A DNA stretch of 63,583 nucleotides, counting the filler, from Octopus bimaculoides (lineage: Eukaryota): the NCBI RefSeq assembly GCF_001194135.2. It is 3 parts of 3 records of this genome, joined end to end, with 100 filler letters (N's around TTAATTAATTAA, not from the genome) between each part and the next. Parts side by side here need not be neighbours in the genome. Positions count along the whole stretch, not along the records: positions 1 to 30,327 come from NC_068990.1; 2 more parts are not named here. One strand, 5' to 3'. Shown piece by piece: positions 1-11,942 of the stretch; the stretch's first letter is position 1; each line of letters starts with the position of its first letter. The translations under genes were made by a program, and so were the position numbers. Under the pieces are notes generated by a model, which was not told where the DNA came from, ran no database searches, and worked only from the letters and a program-made list of their open reading frames with translations.

Positions 1-173
1 TATATATATATATACGATGGGCTTCTTTCAGTTTCCGTCTACCAAATCCACTCACAAGGCTTTGGTCAGCCTGAGGCTATAGTAGAAGTCACTTGCCCAA
101 GGTGCAATGCAGTGGGACTGAAACTGGAACCATATGGTTGGGAAACAAACTTCTTACCACACAGTCACAACTA

Positions 174-1394
174 GGAGGGGAAGTCAAAAATTATCCACAC
201 TTTCATCATAACATATATCTATTATTGTCACATTGCCTTCGCATATGTGCTTATAGTTGGTACTATTGTAGTCACGTGATCGAAGTTTGAGCCTTATCAT
301 GGATTTTTCTTTCTGGCTTTACACTGTAAGTATGGCTGCTGCTCCACTAGCAGCGTGTATCAAAGAAGAACAAAGAGCAGTGATCCAATTTCTTTGGTCA
401 GAAGGTGTGTCATGTACTGAAATTCATTGGAGGCTTTTAGCACAATTAGTTAATAGTTTCAACAGTCTGGGTGGCTGTGTGTAGGCATGCATTGTCATGC
501 AACAACAAAACCTTCTTCAATAATATGTTTTGGCATTTGGTATGAATCGCTGGTTTCAGTTTGTTGATCAGCAAAGCACTGTATCTTGCACTGTTGATCA
601 AACATCCCTTTTCCAGGTAGTCTTCCAGTTTAGGCCCTTTTGAGTTCCAAAAATGAGTTAGCATCACCTTTCCCACAGAAGACTGAGTTTTGAATTTTTT
701 TGTTGCTAGCAAGCCAGGATATTTTCACTCCATACTCTGTCTTTTGGATTCTGCCTTATAATAATGGACCCATGTTTCATCTCCTGTGACTATTCTGCTC
801 AAAACTTCTTCACCTTCATTGTTGTACCGATTGAGTAAATGTTGGTAGACCTCAAGACATTTGCGCTTGTGCTCTGCAGTAAGCTTTCTCATAGATGATT
901 TGATAGGCAGAACCATGACTAATCTGCAGAGAATGAGCTATCTCATTGATGATAACTTGGCGGTTCACCATTACTATCTCTTGAGCTTACTGAATCTTCT
1001 CATCAGTGGTGGAGGTTGATGGGCATCCTGCTACCTCTTCGTGTGTCATTCTTGTCCAGTCACTTTTAGACTTCTTGATCCACTCATACACACTTCTGCA
1101 TGGTACTGTACTGTCCCCGTATTCTGCTAGAAGCCTCCGATGAATTTCAGCACCTGACACACCATCCAAACAGAGAAATCAGATCATTGCTCTTTGTTCT
1201 TCTTTGGTGCACATTACTAGTGGAGTGGCCATGCTTACACCGTAAAGCCAGAAAGCAAAATGGCATGATCAGGCTCAAACTTCGATCACGTGACCACAAT
1301 AGTACCAACTATAAACATGCATGCACAGTAGGCAGTGTGAAAATAATAAATATATGTTATGGCGAAAGTGCAGATAATTTTTGACTTCCCTTCG
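174..1394 (-). mobile_element. Degenerate mariner (Tc1/mariner) element with about 285-bp inverted 5' ends
   Basis: Transposase fragments EQRAVIQFLWSEGV..EIHRRL, SRIVTGDETWVHYY, VGKVMLTHFWNSKG and VLLLHDNA. Termini read GAxGGGAAGTCAAAAATTATC and TA dinucleotides lie at 172-173 and 1395-1396. Confidence 0.9.
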
Positions 1395-1901
1395 TATTTA
1401 TGTGACTGGTAGTAAATTCTCCACTTCAGCCTATCTCACTGCTGCCCCTCTGTTTCCAATCTTCTAGGATTCCCCTCTAAGTGTTACCCATGCTTCATCT
1501 TCATCTGGCCTTCTGCTTGTTTTTTTAATTTCTTATTTATTTATTTTATCTTTGTTCCTTGAAATTACATTTATTCATTTTGGTATATCCACTTCTGTAT
1601 TGCTTGTAATCCATGTATTGTTTGTTTGTTCTTGGTCCAATATTCTCTACAACTCTTGAAGTTGCCTCCAGCTGGGAAGCAATCTTATTGTTAAAGGCAT
1701 GAAATTGTGTCATACCCTCTGGTCGATAACTGATGAGGAATTAGGGACATTTTGCGTCCGTTATTTGTTTGTCTGTGCATTTAACATATATATTTTAACT
1801 TGCCACTCTGTGTCTGTTTTTCATTTGTGCATTTACTATACAATTTTCCACTTATTAAGTAATGGAATGCTATGCACCCTAGTTTATATATATATATATA
1901 T

Positions 1902-2328
1902 ATATAAATACAGTGTACATTTAAACACATAAGAGGCATCCATCATATGGATTCTTTGCACGCTAGAAAGAACAGTTAAATTCCATACCACTATTTAGGG
2001 ATAAAACTTTGAAGAGAATGAAAAATAAAAACATTTACCATCGAACTCCTGGACCAATAGTCTCAGACTTATTTTAGCAAATAAAGTAATTTGCTAGGCG
2101 AAGTCTTCTTCAGCAGGTACATTTTAGATTACACATATATACACGAGGCAATCCAGTATCTGCCTCATGCTTACACATTATAATTTTTCAAATCAATGTT
2201 TTTATTTTTCATTCCCTTCGAAGTTTTATCTCTAAATAGTGGTATGGAATTTAACTGTTCTTTCTAGCGTGCAAGGAATCCATATGATGGATGCCTCTTA
2301 TGTGTTTAAATGTACACTGTATTTATAT
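1902..2328. repeat. Foldback element (about 134-bp inverted arms), probably Penelope pLTR-derived
   Basis: 1902-2035 is the reverse complement of 2195-2328 with few mismatches. The spacer holds a hammerhead-like motif. Confidence 0.85.
2048..2117 (-). ncRNA. Type I hammerhead ribozyme-like motif with a core A14G change
   Basis: Reads CCUG-CUGAAGA-AGACUU[stem II]AAGUCU-GAGA-C-UAUUG-GUC-CAGG. Stems I and II pair perfectly; the core GAAA is GAGA. Confidence 0.65.
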
Positions 2329-2617
2329 GAATAATATATAGTCTATTGACTAAATTTTACACGCTAGGCCACTGGTAGTAGAAATTTCTAATATTTCTCA
2401 TTGCCCTTGATAATATTATATATATNNNNNNNNNNNNNNNNNNNNNNNNNNNNNNNNNNNNNNNNNNNNNNNNNNNNNNNNNNNNNNNNNNNNNNNNNNN
2501 NNNNNNNNNNNNNNNNNNNNNNNNNNNNNNNNNNNNNNNNNNNNNNNNNNNNNNNNNNNNNNNNNNNNNNNNNNNNNNNNNNNNNNNNNNNNNNNNNNNN
2601 NNNNNNNNNNNNNNNNN

Positions 2618-2652
<35 letters not shown>

Positions 2653-3650
2653 CATACATACATACATATGTAATGTGTTATAAACTAAATGAAGCAAGGT
2701 ATTTTGTTTAGTACTTTATTGTTTCTGCTATCCATCTATCCTTGATTCTTTACTCAGGCACAGAACAAAGTTTATGGAACACATTAAGTCATACTTCCAC
2801 CATTGAAATAATGGACTTAATTCAACGACATATTGAATTAACCATAGTATTTCATCAATGACGTTGGTGAATAAGTTAAGGAGAGAGGATACTGTCTTCT
2901 GTATGCAAAGTATTCATTGTTGTTGTCGTCATTGTCATTGTTAACATCATTATCATTGTCATCGTTGTCCCCCTCCCCATCCTCCTCCTCATCACCATCA
3001 TCGTCGTTGTCGTCGTCGACGTCATCATCATCATCATAATTATCATCACTACCCCTAATCATCCCTATCATCATCACCATTGTTTTAATATCCAGCTTTC
3101 CATGCTAGCATGAGTTAGATGAAACTCACTGAGGCAATAAGAGCTGGATGCTCTTCCTGATGTTAACTTTCATCTGTTTCCAAGATGGGTAATAAAATTT
3201 TTTTCTCTAGTCTTTCAAACATCAAACAGTTCAACAGGTAGACATGCTTTCACAGCAGATTGTAGACAATGACATCATTTGAATGGACAGTGACCTTGGT
3301 TTTATGTAGCATGCAATCAACATCAAGACATGTAAGCAAGCAAGAAGCTAAGATTGAGTGGACCTTGAAGAAGATACTGGAAAGTATCCTATCAGGTTTT
3401 CTGCAATCTTTACTATATCTATTGCTATGAATAATTATCTTTCTAATATTGGAATAAAGTGCATGTGAAGAGCACAATTTATAAAATCATCCTCACAAGC
3501 GGGGATTGACTTATACTTTTTTTTTACGGCTGTTGGGAAGATGATTTCTCATTATTGTGGTAGGATTTGAACTTTGAATGTAAAGTGATATAAATGCCAC
3601 AATGCGTTTATCAAGCACTCCACTTTTTGGCCATCCCAAAAGTTGTTTAA

Positions 3651-3870
3651 CCCTTTTGCCTTTAAACAGGCCATATCTAGCCAAAATATTCTACCTGTTT
3701 TACATTCAAACTGGTTGGATCCAGTATATCACAATTACCCTACAATGTCATTCTAAAAATTAACAACACATCATCAAAATGTCAAGACTATGGGATAAAT
3801 GCATGATTAATTCAAAGCTGTGTGAATAAATAAGCATTACATTTGACAGAATAATCTGAATGCTGAAGGG
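3651..3870. mobile_element. piggyBac-like MITE
   Basis: TTAA flanks both sides (3647-3650 and 3871-3874). Termini are CCCTTTTGC and the reverse-complement CCCTTCAGC. Confidence 0.7.
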
Positions 3871-4017
3871 TTAATGAATAATAAAAAATGTTACCAACAA
3901 AAAAGCAAAAATAGCAATAACCAACAACAATAATAGAAACAATGAAAAAAGAAAAATGATAATAACAAAAATACACATATGAGTTTACATTGAAATATAA
4001 TCTAAATTTGAACTTAC

Positions 4018-4121
4018 TGATCTGAAAATGTGCCAAAAAACAAAGATCCAACAAAAACACCTGCCATGAGTAGCATGTTGATTGTTGAGATAAAGACTGT
4101 TCTGTGACACACAAGGTTTAG
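4018..4121 (-). CDS. SLC22-family transporter, next exon (NLVC...TM2...SD)
   Basis: Acceptor tttgttgcag and donor CA|gtaagt. The 104 nt are in frame (phase 0) with the 13277 exon and read LNLVCHRTVFISTINMLLMAGVFVGSLFFGTFSD, the SLC22 W/FxLVC...GxxxGxxxFGxxSD motif. Confidence 0.9.
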
Positions 4122-4336
4122 CTGCAACAAAGCAAATTTGGTGGAGTTTTATTAAGCTATACAAGTAAACTTTTGTAAATATTCTTGCTTGTTTCTACAT
4201 GGAATTTGGTAACATCTAGAATTGGAAAAAAACCAGAGAGGTTTTGCAATAGTTACAAATAGAGGTAAAAAAATGTTTAGCTTATCAGCTCTGAGTATGG
4301 GGAGATAACTAGCTTTTGTGCCTAATTTCTATACAA

Positions 4337-5682
4337 CAGTGGAGCGAAAAATGCAACTTTCGAAATCGGTAACTAAGAATCAATATTTTGTTGCGAATTA
4401 GGATTAAAAGAAAGAACTTTGTGGTTAAATATTTTTGCAGGCTCTGCAACACACTTGAACATTTTTAAAATTGCTATTTTTGGTTGAATTTTGGATTTAA
4501 TGGATTATAAGTAGTAATGAATACATATTTCTACATAGTAGAATACAAAACAGTAAATATAATATACTTAAGAAGTTGCAAACTAAGTTTCAATACAATT
4601 GACTAATATCTTGGGGTTCCGCATTGACCATAAAGAGAACGGGAGTGTGAACTTCTCTCCAGTGCTGCTGCAGTGGTTGTTGTGTGTGGGCGTATGTCGT
4701 ACATGTGTGAAGTTTACTGCTTTGTGCCTTGACTTTAGGCCATTGTATTGAAGTTTAGTTTTGTTTACATTTAGTGATGACTCATAAACCAATAATGCGT
4801 CATGATATTGAATGCCCAATATTTGGTACTCCATGTAATCTTACTGAGCAAGTTTTACCAACTTACAAGGATGTACTAAAATGTATTTTATTTGAATGAG
4901 AAAAAGAAACGAATGTAGTTAAGAAAGATCTTCGATTAAACAAATTGCCAAAATTGTAGCAGAAAAGATAATTCTTCTTTGGCAAAAGGCATCCATCCCT
5001 TGTGCTATGACTGAGTCAGTTAAAACGAAACTCTTAAAATTTTATCTAAAGTACCAAGCATTACTAAGATCTGTGAAAAACAGAAAAAAAATTGTGCCAT
5101 CGTTGCAAACAAAGTGTTTAAAAACAATGTAGCAAAAGATTTATTTGTAAGTGCAACTCCTTTAAAAACTGAAGTTGTAGTAGAATCAAAAAAGTACTAC
5201 AGAGAGAACAAGATTTTTTACAGGATCAACGGACAAATTGAAAAAGGACCATTGGCAGAATAGATCAAGCAGAATCTTAACAGAATGTTCAGAGGTTTAT
5301 TAGAAAGAATTGGCCTTCTAAGTCAGCAAAGGATTCTGAATTGATAGCATTTTCATTAAATAGTGAATCACATAATTTCGAAATTTCAAGTGCCTCGCAG
5401 AGTTTGAAGTTATAAATTTTAGAGCTTGAGATTTTAACACTCTTGTTTTTAAAAAAATTTCACAAAAGCAAATCACTTCGTAATAATCAATGTAAAAATA
5501 AAATGAGGAACAGCAAATGTGTTATAAATTGATTTTTTGCTCATTATTCAAAATTTCAAGTGGGCTGTGGAGTCTAAAGATGTAAATTTACAAACTTCAG
5601 ATTTTAATACAGTTGTTTTTAAAGGATTTCGCAAAAAAAAGTATATTCTTGAAAACATGTTTTGAAAATCGCTCCACCCTGT
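4337..5682 (+). mobile_element. Unclassified DNA transposon remnant
   Basis: Imperfect termini CAGTGGAGCGA / TCGCTCCACCCTG. Internal decayed frame AKIVAEKIILLWQKASIPCAMTESVKTKLLKFY and about 170-bp subterminal repeats at 5380-5640. Confidence 0.45.
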
Positions 5683-6852
5683 TCTATACCAAGAACTCAT
5701 ACAACAGCAACAAAAAAAAAGCAGTTGACCAAAACCTTCTAAACATGAGCACCTAAAATTTTAGAATATTAATTGGAGTTGGCAGTCTGTGAGTCTAATC
5801 ACAATATTACATGGTCAATACTGTTAACTGATTCAGAATAATGTTCTTTTGTTTGAGAAACATCATTGTTACTTTACACTTGAAGTCTTCCATCTTTAGC
5901 TGACCCCAAATCATTCTCTGAATATATTTAATTAATCTTTTTATCTAATCTTCATAAGAATCTTCTACAGAGCTGCTTGTCAATTTTTCCACTTTCCAAC
6001 ATGAAAAAGCCATTGCTGTTTTACAAATCAGCCTCAACTTCACATCCAATACCTGAATCCACTCCTAAAAATGAGCCCTATAAAGTTCCAGCACCTAATC
6101 TCCACCTCTATTTGCCTCATACATTTCCACCAGCACTGCATACTTTCCCATCTTCTTTGTCTGCTTCCTCCTTTCTTGTTTCCCACAAAATAGTCAATTC
6201 CATAAGGATCATGTGACATACTAGCACAAGAACCTGATCAACTCTAAAGGTCATGTCTACCTCTTGTGCTGATATCATCTTCTTTTCTTTTTTTGTCTAC
6301 TAACACCTCCCAGTTATCTGCCATTGCTATCACCCAATAAAATACCAAGGAAGTGTACACTCTTTCTGCCTTGTTCTTCCTTCACAAATTTGATGCCTTT
6401 CTCTTACTGTGCTCTCTTATCCTTCTTCATTTCCACTCTCTTGTGAATAACTTCTGTCAGCTGCCTTAGCATTTGATTGTATCTCCAAGTATAAGCTCAG
6501 AGAAGAGTCACACTTCAAGATAACATGTGCTTTGGCCACCGCCTTGATTCCTTGCACAATTCATTTTGATTAATTCTGCATCTCTTCTATTTATTAGAGA
6601 CAGCTGCATAACATGTGTGGAACCAAATATATAGGAAACTAAATCAAATCTAGTATATTTATTGTTACTTAGTTTGGCAGTCTGATGGAGATAATAAACA
6701 AAGACGGTTGCAGAGGATTTGAGCTCTGAATTAGATATCACAAGTTACTCAAGCTAGTAATCTCTAGTTGGTTTCTTGATCTGAAAGATATAGAGCTAAA
6801 CTTTTACCCAAATCACACTTTACTACTCCCCCCCCCTCTGTCTCTGTCTCTG

Positions 6853-6906
<54 letters not shown>

Positions 6907-7304
6907 GTTCTTTCTTTCTTTCTAAGACAAAGGATACATTGGATCATGTAACCCTGGGCACACTATCACTGAAAATTTTAAAAAATGGATGGTCACAGCA
7001 GAAATGCTTTTGATCATAGGCCTGCTGGATCTTGGCTGACCTGGCATCAAACAACCTGTCAATCATACATCATAGTTTACATATAAGTTACCTGGCCTGT
7101 TAGGTAAACATACTGTACAAACAAATATTTATTGTTAATCAGTAATGATTGAAAATATTTTTGTATCTGAAATCACATTTAAGAGCAATTTCGAAGGGAA
7201 ATTTCGAATGAAGCTGCACTTACGCAGTGAATTTGAAAAATTATAATATATAATGAAGAGACACGTGTTATTTGTCTCTAAATTATATGTTAATGTTATG
7301 GCGT

Positions 7305-7374
7305 GGTCCCTGATGAGAGTTTCGCCTAGCAAATTATTTTATTTGCTAAATAAAATTCGAAACCTAGTATGATC
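7305..7374 (+). ncRNA. Type I hammerhead ribozyme motif with intact catalytic core
   Basis: Reads GGUCC-CUGAUGA-GAGUUU[extended stem II with UAGCAAAU/AUUUGCUA]AAAUUC-GAAA-C-CUA-GUA-UGAUC. Lies immediately upstream of a Penelope RT fragment. Confidence 0.7.
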
Positions 7375-7425
7375 ATAAAAAAATAACAAGGTAAAAGTTT
7401 TTATTTTTCATTCCCTTCGAAATTG

Positions 7426-7810
7426 CGCTTAGAGTTCTGGATAAACCAATATCCACAAAGAATAAGAATTCAGAAGAGATTCCCAAAAGAATTTATACAT
7501 GAAGGATTACAGTTAGTACTGGAAAACAACTACTTCTTTGACAACTAAGACAGCCATGAGGATGAAAATCACACTAACGTTTGTGACTCTAGTAATGGAG
7601 TACTTTGAAGGAAAAGGATATGCTCTGTCCAGAACTACTGTTGATCATCAGTTCCAAACCTAAGATTTTTGGATGACTGCTTCATATTTTGGAATAAAAG
7701 TAAGGAGGACCATACAAGATTCCTTAAATTAATAAGCAGCATTCATGAATTGATCCAATTCCCTATGGAAATGAATGAAAAGGAACTCTTTTTTTCTGAA
7801 CATTCTAATA
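7426..7810 (+). mobile_element. Penelope-like element reverse transcriptase fragment
   Basis: Decayed RFPKEFIHEGLQLVLENNYFF, TAMRMKITLTFVTLVMEYFE and FLDDCFIFW motifs. Confidence 0.75.
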
Positions 7811-7811
7811 A

Positions 7812-10800
7812 TTAAGGAAAATGTAGTAATTTATCAAACACTGACCTGACTTTCCTGGCGAACATTAGTTCAGCTGGCGACATACCTGAAGTGGTGCTGG
7901 GGTTAGGTGTTAAGAATTGTGTCAATGCAGTATCAGCTAGTAGCTCATTCCTAGATTTTTTCAGTGCCCTCATAAACATGTCTACAGAATGTTCCGCCAT
8001 CTCGGATAGTATGGCGGAGTAGTTTTATGCTCTATTGAATGCATTTTGCAAAAGTTTTTAATTTTCTTCAACGTGAACTGTGTTCCATTATCAGACACTA
8101 TAGTGTCTAGGACACCATATCATGCAAAAGTTCATCCAGAAATTCCATTGATACTTTGGAGGTTGGCTCCCTACATTTACATATTTCTGGTCATTTCATG
8201 TAACTATCCACAGCTAATAGATAATACCCTCCATTTAACAGTCCTGCAAAGTCTGTGTGTAATCTGGTCCAAGGCTGAATTTTTATAGGTGATGCTTTTG
8301 CTGTCAGGGCACAACCCCTGCAGGCTTTCAGCAATTTTTCAATATCCTGATCCATATTTGGCCAGCAGACGTAGCTCCTCATCAGTGCTTCATTCTCATG
8401 ATTCCTGGATGTGCCATGTGGAATTCTTTTAGTATACGATTTTGCAAGGAAACAGGTATTACAATGCTCTGAGCGTACATAAGTATGTTGTCACATATCG
8501 AATACCATTTTGAAACCGCATTACGCTCAGCTACATGAGTTATTGTATTTGTTTGACTTCACTATTTTTTTCATTTTTATTATGAACACATCCTTCTCTG
8601 CTTTAATTTTTATTTCCTCTAAAGTGACAGGTAGTTCACGTACTATGTTGCAGAGTATATTTTTTTAATTTCGATTTTAGTTTTTAATGTCCCTATTACT
8701 GTGTCCTCATTATATTTAGGTATCAATCTTGACAGTCCACCCACATGTCCCAGTTTTTTCAATGGTAGAAATTCCATCTTAAAGTCATAATTTAGCAGGA
8801 TTGTCCCCCAGCACTGCAATTGATAGGCTGTATGTGTGGGGATACCATTTTTCGATCCGTAAATTGTCAACAATGGGCAGTGATCTGTCTGCAGACTGAA
8901 TTTCCTTCCATGTATGAATTTGTAAAATTTTTTCATCGCAAAAATCATGGCTAATTTCTCCTTCTCAATTTAGCTGTAGTTTTTTTCAGCTACCAACAAT
9001 GAACATAAAGCATGAGTGATGAGTTGTAGTCTATCATTTCCATACTTCTACAAAATTACAGCTCTTATACCACCTTCACTAGCATCTGATGCTACTAATA
9101 TTTTAAAATTTGGATCAAAGTGCGATAATGACAGTTCCAATGTTAAAACTTTAAAAATTTCTTCGAACACATTTTGGCACCTGTCCGACCAATACTATTT
9201 AACGTCTTTTTTCAATAGGTTGTTTAAGGATGCTCTTAGCTCATGCATATTCGGTATATATGTTTGGTAATAGTTTGGGAATCCCGAGAATGCTTGTAAT
9301 GTTGTAATATTTTTCAGGGGAGGTATATTTTTTATTGCAGTCGATCTTGAAGAATCTGGCCTGTGACCATCTTTATTGATAACTTGCCCTAGATACTTTA
9401 TTTCTGGCATGAAAAATTTGCATTTTTCCTTTCTAGGTTTAATTCCATACTCCTTTATTCTTTCAAAGACCTTTTTAACATGTCCCTCATTCTGGCCTTG
9501 AGATTCACATTTTATGAATATGTCATCCAAGTAAGCTATAGTGAAATCTGTATCTGCAAGCATAGTGTCCATCACCTGTTGGAAAATACTAGGTGCCACC
9601 TTTATCCAAAAAGGAAGTCGATTGAATTTATATAAATCTTTATGGGTGTTTATCATTAATAATTTCAAACATTCCTCCTCAACTTGTAACTGTAAATACA
9701 TCTCCAGCAAGTCCAGCTTTGAAAAAAATTTTCCTCTATTGAGTTTCGCAAAAATTTCCTCCAGACTTGTTAATGGGTAACTGTATGTCATCAAACATTC
9801 ATTCAAGCCTGTTGAAGAGTCAGTGCATACTCATATTTATTTTTTTTTCTTTACATAAACAGCTAGTGATGCCCATTCTGAATAATCTATTTTTTTCTAT
9901 AACTCCAAGCTTTTCAAGTCTATCCAATTCCTAATTGACTTGATTCAACATCACAAAAGGTACAGCTCACTTTGATTTAAATACCAGTAGAGTGTTTTCT
10001 TTTACTTGAAATCTTACTTTTGTCTTCTCCAGAAAAACATCAGGAAAAATCTTTTTTAATTTCTTTTTTTAAATCCTCCGACATGATATTTCAATTGGCA
10101 TAAGAACTATTCACATTACAAAAAATATTTATGGAGAAGTCCCATAAATTAAGTAGTTCCATCCAGTCTGAGCCAAATAAGTTCGTCGTATTTTTTGATA
10201 CAAAAACTTTGGCTTTCAAAGTTTTTCTGCGAAATGTCACCTCACTTATCAATTCACCCCAAAATCACAATTGTTTCCCCGAAATACCTCGCACAATTTT
10301 CGAAGTTTCTTTCAGTGTAGGCTTTCCTATTTGTCTCCATGTATTATCATTAATTATCGTGATATCACCACCTGTGTCCAACTGTAGTCTCGTATTCACA
10401 TTATTTTCATTTATGGAGACAAATTTTATTTTTTGTGCCTCGCTTTGTGTTGACAATACTTTTTTTCTCGAATTTTTTCTTTCAACCTTGTTCAATTTTC
10501 AATTTTGTTCAATTTTTTGTTTCACCCAACAATGTGAATTCTTATGTCTGTTTTTTTCCACATTTCAAACATTTTAGATTTTTAAAAGGACAGTTTCTTT
10601 TAAAATCTATTTCTCCACACCTATAGCATTGTTTGGGTCTTGACTGTTGTTTTTTTTATCTATTACAAGTCGACACATATGTATATTTGAATAATCATTT
10701 TCAATTTTTCCTGCATCCTGTCATAAGTTTGTAATCCTTTGGCATTCTTCAGCCACTGCCTGTAGAGTTAGTTTTCGAATCTTGTTCTAGTTTTGTCAAT

Positions 10801-11942
10801 ATCCGAGCCCGTATCTCTGCATCTTTGCTTGCAGTTAATCCTTGTACAAAGATTAGACATTTTAACATGTCTGGTGTTAATTCGTTTACTTAAAAATTCT
10901 TCACATTTTCTATTGGAATTATTGTTGCAGTCCAAAAACACTTCAGGTTCATTTTCGGTAGACGGGGTTGAAGAATTTACTTGTAATCCAGAAGAAGAGA
11001 TTACATTTTCTGCATACTTCAGAAGGTATGAAGGAATCTTCAAAGAAGAATGTAGAAACTGAATGGACGAAAGGAAGGTACAACTTCTTTTAAGGAAATT
11101 ATCACCCGCAGAACATGAAAAGTATTGTAATTACATCCTGCCGAGAAAAAACAACCAAAATTTGTTTCCTTGAAACAAATCTTGGATGGTTTTAGTTGAA
11201 GAGAGACCATAACGTTTCCTTAAGAGACCATAACGTTTCCTTAAGAGACCATAACGTTTCCTTGAAACAAATCTTGGATGGTTTTCTCGGCAGGATGTAA
11301 TTACAATACTTTTCATGTTCTGCGGGTGATAATTTCCTTGAAAGAAGTCGCACCTTCTTTTCGTTCATCCAGTTTCTACATTCTTCTTTGAAGATTCCTT
11401 CATACCTTCTGAAGTATGCAGAAAATATAATCCCTTCTTCTGGATTATAAGTAAATTCTTCAGCCCCATCTGCTGAAAATGAACCTGAAGTGTTTTTGGA
11501 CTGCAACAATAATTCCAACAACTATTGATTTTGCTGTTGTTGTTGTTGCTGTTGTACCTGTTGTTGCTGTTTCTGTTGTTCTTGTTGCTGTTGTAGTTGT
11601 CGTTGCAACTGTTGCTGCTGTTCTTGTTATTGTAGTTGCCATTGCAACTGTACCACAGAAGCTAATATGTGTTCCATGCTAAGAACGTCCACAGTGAGCT
11701 TCGAATGCCTTGTCACCACTCTTATATCCTTGAGTTTGGTTATAAACTACACTGTAACACTACAAAAACTAAATCAGTGACAAGCATGTAACAAACTTAT
11801 ATCTCTTCTCAACGACTTTGACTGCCTTCACAAATGCGACTGCACACACCACACTGTACCTTACACTGCCAGTACGCACACGCATTTATAAGGTTTAGGA
11901 CAGCTTATTTGCTATCCCACAGGGGTGTCAGGATTTCACCAC
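7812..11942 (-). mobile_element. Ty3/Gypsy LTR retrotransposon, 3'-truncated and degenerate
   Basis: 5' LTR at about 11721-11942 (starts TGTGG) with PBS-like AGTGGTGACAAGG. Gln-rich gag, CCHC knuckles, protease (LQLDTGGDITII), RT (FSKLDL..YLDDI), RNase H (FSLQTDHCPL) and integrase (RLHTDFAG, SGMSPAELMF). Confidence 0.92.

Noticed and set aside
11205-11262. Regularly spaced 21-bp repeats resembling a CRISPR array
   Set aside because: The units are contiguous with no spacers and lie inside a Gypsy gag in a eukaryotic genome.
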